The notes beneath the pieces are model-generated. The model had not been told where the DNA came from. It was given only the letters and a program-made list of their open reading frames with translations, and did not search any database. Source: Acaryochloris thomasi RCC1774 (GTDB lineage: Bacteria > Cyanobacteriota > Cyanobacteriia > Thermosynechococcales > Thermosynechococcaceae). From it: a DNA stretch of 32,000 nt. The DNA lies in NCBI RefSeq assembly GCF_003231495.1, contig NZ_PQWO01000002.1, positions 90,001-122,000 on the forward strand, read 5' to 3'. Shown here piece after piece: positions 22,769-29,405 of this stretch. A program made the position numbers and the translations under genes. How positions within the stretch are numbered: position 1 is the stretch's first letter; every line of letters starts with the position of its first letter.

Positions 22769-23185
22769 TCATTCGCCTGAAAGGTGAACCACGACTTCAC
22801 GGGTCGATCCGCGGGCGCGATGCTCCCAGAGATAAATGCCTTGCCAGGTGCCGAGCGCGAGTCTGCTGTTGCCAATGGGAATGTGTTCTGACGTTTGGGT
22901 GAGTGCGGTGCGAATGTGGGCTGGCATGTCGTCTGAGCCTTCAGTGCTGTGGCGATACTGCCGATCTTCTGGTACGAGATCGGCAAAAAACGATTCCATA
23001 TCGCGCAGAACGTCGGGGTCGGCATTCTCTTGAATCATGAGGCTAGCAGAGGTGTGACGAATGAAAAGCGTACATAACCCTGTTGAGATGCCCGATTCAG
23101 ACACCAGCGCCTGAACTTGGCCTGTAATGTTCGCGAGCGATTTTCCCTGGGTTGAGATTCTTAACGGACGTTGAACTTGCGGCAT
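22769..23185 (-). CDS. YjbQ/UPF0047 family protein (secondary thiamine-phosphate synthase-like)
   Basis: 138 aa with characteristic blocks: NITGQVQALVSESGISTGLCTLFIRHTSASLMIQENADPDV, DDMPAHIRTALTQTSEHIPI, LGTWQGIYLWEHR. Confidence 0.85.
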   Translation of the reverse strand: MPQVQRPLRISTQGKSLANITGQVQALVSESGISTGLCTLFIRHTSASLMIQENADPDVLRDMESFFADLVPEDRQYRHSTEGSDDMPAHIRTALTQTSEHIPIGNSRLALGTWQGIYLWEHRARGSTREVVVHLSGE

Positions 23186-23308
23186 GGGTTAAGTCATTGA
23201 GGCTGCATGTTCTAGCGTAATCGACCTTGTCCTGATCAGGGGAACGCTACGGCATACAATGGGTGCGCTAGGGCCGGTGTCCAAGGCTAATATCCAAAGA
23301 GAGTACTG

Positions 23309-24799
23309 ATGTCCTCGGATCAACGCTATCAAAGTCAGATTTTTAACGTTATTTTGCGTCAGTCACGGGAGCTGACGGATCAATGGCAGCGCAATGTGCG
23401 ACAGGCGAAGGTGGCGTCGTTCTGGGGGATGCAAATGGCTGTCTACCCGGTTTATTTGCTCTTCCAGGTGACCCGATTGAGTGAACAGGTTCTGCGGCAG
23501 GCCGATACCCAAGGGCAGCGATTGCTGAAGGCGGCTCTTGATCCCGATCAGTCGCCGCTGCAAGGCGCTCAGTCTGATCTGCCGATTCGTCGGGTGCTGG
23601 AGGCGATTCAGATTGTGACCGCGTCTGTTGAGGCAGAAGACGCTCAGTTTGTCGTTGAAATTACCGCTCCGTCTGCTCAGCGCTCTAGCCTCTTGCAGCG
23701 ATACCGGCGTTGGTTTAGGCGTCTCAGTCAGCGCCGTTCCCTACACCCTAAGAATCATGATGGCTCAATGCTGCGGGGGCTGGCGACGAATATTGAGAGT
23801 CGTCATTTAATTTTGGTGACGCCCGCGAATGAACCGCTAGATGTCTTGACGCCAGCACAGCAGAAAACGCTGCTGCAGCTGATGACCTGGGAGGTGGCGC
23901 ACTACCAGCGTCAGCAACGGCTCAATCAGCAGCTTTGGAGTGTCACAAAGCTCAAGCAAAAACCGCTCAAGCAGCCGGTGATGCGATCGCAAATGCTGCC
24001 CCCTGTCCGTGGCTTCCGTAAAGTGATGGGCTGGTTTCAAACGAGCCCAATGGCGACCACCACCAACTTATTCCAAGAAGCGAAGGCGGCTGATCCCCTG
24101 CTCGTGCTGATGGGCGGTCACGAGCATATCCCGCTGCCGGATGATTTAGGTGCTGCTTTGAAACGTTTGTCCCCTCAGGTTACCCCTGAAGCATGGGAGA
24201 TGATGGATGTTGCGATCGCATCTCTAGAAGCTAAATCACAGCAGCTCATGGGACCGACCACAGAGCGACTTGCCCAGCAAATAACCCAGCAGCTCCGAAA
24301 CCACAGCCCTCACGTGCGGTCTAGTCCCGATCTCAACCCACCGACCCCTGCTGTGCAGGCAACAGGCTGGCTTCAATCTGCCTTTGCGACTCTCTTCGGC
24401 AGCGGTCCCGTGTCGCCGCGTTCATCTGCGACCGTTGCCCCAACCGTATCTGAACCTTCCGTCTTCGAGGCTGGACTGTCATGGAATGAACTCTATGGCG
24501 CTAAAGTTCTGCAGACGTCACCGCCTAGCGCTACCAAAGATGCGTCACCAGTTTCGCTTGAGTCATCAGCCGGAGACGTTCTTGTTGCGTCTGACCTAGC
24601 CGGACGCGTCACGATAGATGAGCAGGGCATTGAAATTGAAGTAGATGCCGTTTTTGTTGAGTACGAGCAGCATTCCTTAGAGCGAATTTTGAACACTCTA
24701 GACCGCGTTGTCTCTTGGCTCGAAAAGCGTCTGATTCCTTGGTTTGAGCAGAGCTGGTCCGTCGTCAAAGTTTACTTTCAAAAGCTTGGACAGCCATAA
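23309..24799 (+). CDS. Hypothetical protein (496 aa), Gln/Arg-rich, no family recognised
   Basis: A long ORF with coding-like composition, divergent from the yjbQ-like gene. It has one hydrophobic stretch near the N-terminus (VASFWGMQMAVYPVYLLFQV). Confidence 0.55.
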   Translation: MSSDQRYQSQIFNVILRQSRELTDQWQRNVRQAKVASFWGMQMAVYPVYLLFQVTRLSEQVLRQADTQGQRLLKAALDPDQSPLQGAQSDLPIRRVLEAIQIVTASVEAEDAQFVVEITAPSAQRSSLLQRYRRWFRRLSQRRSLHPKNHDGSMLRGLATNIESRHLILVTPANEPLDVLTPAQQKTLLQLMTWEVAHYQRQQRLNQQLWSVTKLKQKPLKQPVMRSQMLPPVRGFRKVMGWFQTSPMATTTNLFQEAKAADPLLVLMGGHEHIPLPDDLGAALKRLSPQVTPEAWEMMDVAIASLEAKSQQLMGPTTERLAQQITQQLRNHSPHVRSSPDLNPPTPAVQATGWLQSAFATLFGSGPVSPRSSATVAPTVSEPSVFEAGLSWNELYGAKVLQTSPPSATKDASPVSLESSAGDVLVASDLAGRVTIDEQGIEIEVDAVFVEYEQHSLERILNTLDRVVSWLEKRLIPWFEQSWSVVKVYFQKLGQP

Positions 24800-24874
24800 T
24801 GCGGCAACATTCCGATATGATGGAGAGAATTAATCTTCGTTAAGCTGTCTACTCTACAGTTGGAATAATCAATC

Positions 24875-24991
24875 ATGTTTGCCCTTAAAGTAGTTGTTTA
24901 CCTATTCGTCTTTTTCTTTATTGGCCTTTTCTTCTTTGGCTTCATCTCCAGCGACCCCACTCGCAACCCCAAGCGCCAAGACTTCGAATAG
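24875..24991 (+). CDS. psbI: Photosystem II reaction-centre protein I (PsbI), 38 aa
   Basis: My own translation is [38 protein letters not shown]. It matches the conserved PsbI pattern (..LK..VY.VV..F..LF.FGF.S.DP.RNP.R.D.E). It is absent from the track because it is shorter than 60 aa. Confidence 0.9.
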   Translation: MFALKVVVYLFVFFFIGLFFFGFISSDPTRNPKRQDFE

Positions 24992-25187
24992 GCTCACTGT
25001 TCTAGTACAGGAATAACTCATCCTTGGTTATTCAATGAACTGAATAGACATTTTTGAGATGGCTGTGCTCTTGTTCTTATAGAGTGCAGCCGTTTCAGTA
25101 TTATGATTACGGCTCTGAGCGACAAAACCTTCTGACTGGTTGAAGCCACAAACATCAAAAGAGTATCCAACTCTTGCGCTGGGCCCT

Positions 25188-25286
25188 CGTCCCCCAGTCT
25201 CTTCTCTCACTCGTTGGGAGAAGGGGGCAAGATAAAAGCACTCAAAGTCCCTCGCCCAGAATTGGGAGAGGGATTTAGGGTGAGGG
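25188..25286. repeat. Pair of short GC-rich inverted-repeat elements (cyanobacterial intergenic hairpin-repeat type)
   Basis: Element 1 at 25188-25226: GTCCCCCAGTCTCTTCTCTCACTCGTTGGGAGAAGGGGG. Element 2 at 25246-25286: GTCCCTCGCCCAGAATTGGGAGAGGGATTTAGGGTGAGGGC. Both contain a CCC..TTGGGAGA(A/G)GG hairpin. The 107-aa track ORF across them is probably an artefact. Confidence 0.4.
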
Positions 25287-25561
25287 CCGTGCAATACTTT
25301 CGCTAAAGTGGGATGCTCCCAACGTAAACCCAGCTTCTGCGGATGGCTCAAAAGCTTGATATATCGCGGTCTATCGATTGATTAAGCGCCTAGGCCGCAA
25401 CTCATTTACGGTGCAGCAAGGCTGTCCAAACGCAGTCGAGCGCTGCCATACAGTCTGTGGCGGCAAACTGGGTTCTGATCGGCGCGAATGTTACTGGCTG
25501 AGCTTGACTTGCCAGCGTCGCAGCATCCCCTTATCCTAGCGATTTGTAGCCCCAGGAACCA

Positions 25562-27739
25562 ATGCCCTATCCCGCTCTCCCGCCAGAGCCGCCCGCACTC
25601 GTTTCTGCCCCTGCCGAGGGCCGGTCGTCTCTCTGCCCGGATGTCACCGCTGTAGATGGCTCGAAGCTCCCCCCAGCCGCGACCTTGCCGCGACTCTCTT
25701 CAACCCTGTGGCCCACTGCTCCCTGCGCTGCTCAAATAACGGACCAGCAGCAAACAGCTTTACCTTTTTTCGCCGAGCCGATCACCTCCTATTCTGTTGC
25801 GCCTCGAGCTTCAGTCCTGCTCTCTCAACTAACCATTGACCCGCAGCCCCCAAGCTCTGATGCTGGCACTGAACGAGATCCGTTAACTGAGATCGATCGC
25901 CCTGCAGGCAATCCGCCAGACCTGGAGACCACGCCGGACCTAGCGCCCACACCAGAGACTGCACCCGTCGAACAGCAGCCTGACATTCTCGAGGTGACTG
26001 GAGACCGTCAAGACTACGACACTCTTAAGCAGGTGTTGTCTGCTGTCGGCAATGTCCTGCTGCGGTTTCGAGAAGCTGAGCTTACGGCTGACCGCGTGAA
26101 AACCACAGTCCAAAATCGTCAGGTGGTCGCCGAAGGGCAGGTGAAGCTAACGCGGGGCAATCAGGTTCTAGAGGGTGAGCGATTAGAGTTCAGCCTCGAT
26201 CAAAATCGCGGGGTGTTCTTCAAGCCCAGTGGGACAATTTCGTTCCCCACCAGCGATCGTGACTTTTCCCTTGACACCACCAGCACCAATATCACCGGCA
26301 GTACGCCCCTTGATCCGCTCAGCGATCCAAGGCAGACCGATCAGACCGTTGAATCCGGTACCGGTATTCAGACGGTACGCTTTGAAGCCGACCGGATCGA
26401 ATTTATCGATGGCACCTGGACCGCCACCAATATTCGGATCACCAATGATCCGTTCTCGCCACCCGAACTGGAAATTAGAGCGGATGAGGCTCGTCTGACG
26501 CGCGTGTCAGAGACCGAAGACGAAGTAAAGCTGAAGCGGCCCCGCTTAGTCTTTGACCAAGATGTCTCGATCCCGCTGTTGCGCTCTAGCATTCGACTCG
26601 GGCGAGGGCGTCAAGATCCCTTTGGTTTCCAAGTGGGTTTCGATAATGAAGATCGGGGGGGCTTGTTCGTGGGCGGACGCTTCTCACCGTTTACAGGTGA
26701 AAAGCTCAATTTGACCCTGACGCCGCAGCTGTTCCTCGGCCGGCTGATTAACCGTGGGTTTGATGTGACCGATCCTGAGGTCTATGGTTTTACTGCAGCC
26801 CTGAGCAGCCAGTTTACCCCGACGACTAGTTTTGATGCCTTTCTGTTTTTCAACACCATTGACATCACCAATGCCGCTGATAACATTCGCGGTCGCCTGC
26901 GTCTCCGGCAGCGGCTTGGCGATCATCAGCTCTCTCTCGAATCTGCCTATCGAGAGCGCAGCCTGAATGGTTCTTTGGGCGAGCAGGAAATTCTTAATCG
27001 TAACGGTCTGATCTTGACCTCCCCCACGATCCGTCTCGGCAAAACAGGTCTGGATTTGAACTATCGTGTGGCTGCAGAATATGTAATCGCCGTGAGCGAT
27101 GACCCGAGTCTTGGCGATCCGGCGGACCTGGGCCGCTTTCAAGGGAGTCTCACCCTGGGGCGTTCCTTTACGCTCTGGAAGGGGAAGACGCTGCCAACCA
27201 CCGCCACAGAAGGGCTGCGCTACACGCCCGAACCAGTTCTTCCGCATTTGCGCTTGGTGACGCGCCTGACGGGAACGGCCACTAACTACACCAGTGGTGA
27301 TACCCAAACAACCCTGATTGGCTCGGCTCGCCTAGAGGGACAGTTTGGTCATTTTTCTCGACCGTATCTGGACTACACCAGTTTTAATGTGGGTTATGCC
27401 CAGGTTCTGCAGGGAGGCAGCTCTCCGTTTCTGTTTGATCGAGTTGTGGATCAGCAGGTGCTATCGGCTGGTATTCTGCAGCATATCTACGGTCCATTTC
27501 GGTTGGGCTTCCAGACCTCTGTGAATCTCGAAAACGGCAATTTTTTTAATTCAGATTTTATCCTGGACTACAGCCGCCGCACCTATGGGATTACGCTGCG
27601 CTTTAATCCTGAACTAGAGGCGGCCTCGCTGCTGTTCCGTGTAGGTGGCTTTAACTTTGTGGGCAATCGCGGCCCCCTCTCTAGTCCTGAAATTGGTGTG
27701 GTGGAGGCAGGGGTGCAGGAGACAAACGATTCCTTCTAG
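25562..27739 (+). CDS. OstA/LptD-like outer-membrane protein (cyanobacterial DUF3769-type beta-barrel with an LptA/OstA-like N-domain)
   Basis: 725 aa. OstA_N-like segment: LTADRVKTTVQNRQVVAEGQVKLTRGNQVLEGERLEFSLDQNRGVFFKPSG. The C-terminal half has an alternating beta-strand pattern rich in aromatic and Gly residues, ending ...FRVGGFNF..., typical of barrels. A Pro-rich extension of about 140 aa lies at the N-terminus. Confidence 0.6.
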   Translation: MPYPALPPEPPALVSAPAEGRSSLCPDVTAVDGSKLPPAATLPRLSSTLWPTAPCAAQITDQQQTALPFFAEPITSYSVAPRASVLLSQLTIDPQPPSSDAGTERDPLTEIDRPAGNPPDLETTPDLAPTPETAPVEQQPDILEVTGDRQDYDTLKQVLSAVGNVLLRFREAELTADRVKTTVQNRQVVAEGQVKLTRGNQVLEGERLEFSLDQNRGVFFKPSGTISFPTSDRDFSLDTTSTNITGSTPLDPLSDPRQTDQTVESGTGIQTVRFEADRIEFIDGTWTATNIRITNDPFSPPELEIRADEARLTRVSETEDEVKLKRPRLVFDQDVSIPLLRSSIRLGRGRQDPFGFQVGFDNEDRGGLFVGGRFSPFTGEKLNLTLTPQLFLGRLINRGFDVTDPEVYGFTAALSSQFTPTTSFDAFLFFNTIDITNAADNIRGRLRLRQRLGDHQLSLESAYRERSLNGSLGEQEILNRNGLILTSPTIRLGKTGLDLNYRVAAEYVIAVSDDPSLGDPADLGRFQGSLTLGRSFTLWKGKTLPTTATEGLRYTPEPVLPHLRLVTRLTGTATNYTSGDTQTTLIGSARLEGQFGHFSRPYLDYTSFNVGYAQVLQGGSSPFLFDRVVDQQVLSAGILQHIYGPFRLGFQTSVNLENGNFFNSDFILDYSRRTYGITLRFNPELEAASLLFRVGGFNFVGNRGPLSSPEIGVVEAGVQETNDSF

Positions 27740-28299
27740 TTAAGAGCTGCATCCTTTATTGTGGCGGAGGTTGCGAGTCGGTTAGCCCCTGCCTGCATGG
27801 TTGTGATGTCAGCATCAGTCCAAGGCCGAATTCCTTGGCAGTGGTGGGCTGCTAACAGTCCCCATAGTCCTTGGGAGATTAACACCGGCACCACTAGATT
27901 TGACTTCACCTGAATGCTGCGTAAAAAATCGCGATGACAGTCGTGGATGGGTTCTGATTCGATATCTTTTATAGCTCGATATCGACCGTCCTCGTATAGG
28001 GCTGCGTATTCATCATTGAAGCAGTCATCGGCTCCAGTTATGCCAAAAATAGAGTAGCTGGGGTGACTGAGGGCTTCGAAGGTCACTTGGCCTTTCCAGC
28101 GTCGGTAGAAGTAGTACAGTACGACCCGATCAATCTCTAGGGATAAACGGAGGCCGTGAACAACGTTTTGCACGAGATCATCGCGTTCAATAGACTGAGC
28201 GAGTCGTGAAACGACATCCTTTAGTTCAGGTCGAGGGTCGGGATGTGGGGGAAGTTCAAAGGCACCATCTGAGATGCGATCGCTAGGTTTTTCAGACAT
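27736..28299 (-). CDS. Stand-alone GAF-domain protein with DXCF-type cyanobacteriochrome-like cysteines
   Basis: 187 aa: DRVVLYYFYRRWKGQVTFEAL..GADDCFNDEYAALYEDGRYRAIKDIESEPIHDCHRDFLRSIQVKSNLVVPVLISQGLWGLLAAHHCQGIRPW. This is a cyanobacterial phytochrome-class GAF fold with a DDCF motif (Cys93) and a CH motif (Cys121). Confidence 0.8.
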   Translation of the reverse strand: MSEKPSDRISDGAFELPPHPDPRPELKDVVSRLAQSIERDDLVQNVVHGLRLSLEIDRVVLYYFYRRWKGQVTFEALSHPSYSIFGITGADDCFNDEYAALYEDGRYRAIKDIESEPIHDCHRDFLRSIQVKSNLVVPVLISQGLWGLLAAHHCQGIRPWTDADITTMQAGANRLATSATIKDAALN

Positions 28300-28427
28300 G
28301 GATGACAGACTTTCGAGAGATCTGAGCTATGAATCAGTGAACAGAGAGCGCTATGTCGCACGATATTTTAACCTTACCGCAGATAAATTATTGATATGTG
28401 GTTCTTTAGGGCTGACAGAGAAGTCCG

Positions 28428-29228
28428 CTAGCCTTTGCGAGAAAGGTTCTGGAGGGTTTGCTGACAAAATGCGATCGCAACTCTCAAATCACCCGTCTGC
28501 TGCGGATAAGCGAGCTGGGGCCGTTGAATCACCACTAAAGGAATGCCTAAAGCTTCTGCAACCTGACGCTTGACCCCCTCTCCACCGGGCTGTCCTGACG
28601 CCTTAGTGACCACCCGCTCAACGTTCCATTGCCGCCACAGCGCCATCTCTAGTTCCATTGAAATGGGGGGCCGTAGCGCGATTAAGCGTTTTTGGGCAAA
28701 ACCTGCGGCCATTGCCGCCTGTAAAGCCGTCTCTGACGGTAGAATGCGCGCAAACAACGTGCTGCGGGACTGCCAGGGCTGAAACTGATTCAGGGCCTTA
28801 GCCCCGAGCGTTAGCAAAACCCGCTGTCCTAACAAATATTCAGGCGTCAGAACCGCCGCCACGTTCTGGACTTCTTGGACCCCACAGGCCATCTCTGTGA
28901 TCGTTGGACGTTCCACCCGCAGATAGGGAATCTGAAAATCCTGCGCCACCTGGATTGCCAATGTAGAAATTTCAGCAGCATGGGGATGCGAGGCATCCAA
29001 GATCACCGCAACATTTTGGACGGTCAAAAACTGAGTCAGCGTTGTGTAGTTGAACTGTCGGATGCAGATCTGCAACAATGGCGAACAGGGATAAGGATAT
29101 CTAGCAACGTCAGTCGTCACCGAAACAGTACAGCGCAGAGACTGCTGTGCTATGAGTTCTGCGAGTTCAAGACCCTCTGTTGTGCCGCCAATTAACCAGA
29201 TTTGTGGAGGTGTATCCCTTGATAGCAT
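28428..29228 (-). CDS. cobK: Precorrin-6A / cobalt-precorrin-6A reductase (CobK/CbiJ)
   Basis: Blocks seen: IWLIGGTTEGLELAELI, DASHPHAAEIS, IPYLRVERP, VVTKASGQPGGEGVKRQVAEALGIPLVVIQRP. I prefer the start at ATG 29228 (MLSRDTPPQIWLIGGT). The track start at 29288 adds 20 aa that are not typical of the family. Confidence 0.8.
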   Translation of the reverse strand: MLSRDTPPQIWLIGGTTEGLELAELIAQQSLRCTVSVTTDVARYPYPCSPLLQICIRQFNYTTLTQFLTVQNVAVILDASHPHAAEISTLAIQVAQDFQIPYLRVERPTITEMACGVQEVQNVAAVLTPEYLLGQRVLLTLGAKALNQFQPWQSRSTLFARILPSETALQAAMAAGFAQKRLIALRPPISMELEMALWRQWNVERVVTKASGQPGGEGVKRQVAEALGIPLVVIQRPQLAYPQQTGDLRVAIAFCQQTLQNLSRKG

Positions 29229-29405
29229 TGAGACATGGCGCAACATCTGGTGCCTGAAATTGTCAGCCGTACTACGAACTTTGGGCACTCTTTAAGTATG
29301 GGCCATATCTTGACGCTATAGCCGCTCACGATTCGAAGTTTGACTTAATGCAGCGCAGGCAATAGCCACTTTGCCCGCCTAGATAGACCGGAGTGTGTCT
29401 CAACT

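Noticed and set aside
22663-23025. 120-aa minus-strand ORF overlapping the yjbQ-like gene
   Set aside because: It is an alternative frame of a gene with clear family motifs and has no features of its own.
25011-25033. Hairpin GAATAAC-N9-GTTATTC as the psbI terminator
   Set aside because: The AT-rich stem is only 7 bp with no following U-run, which is too weak to annotate as a feature.
28274-28573. 99-aa plus-strand ORF bridging the GAF and cobK genes
   Set aside because: It is antisense to both the GAF 5' end and the cobK 3' end, and I recognised no motifs.
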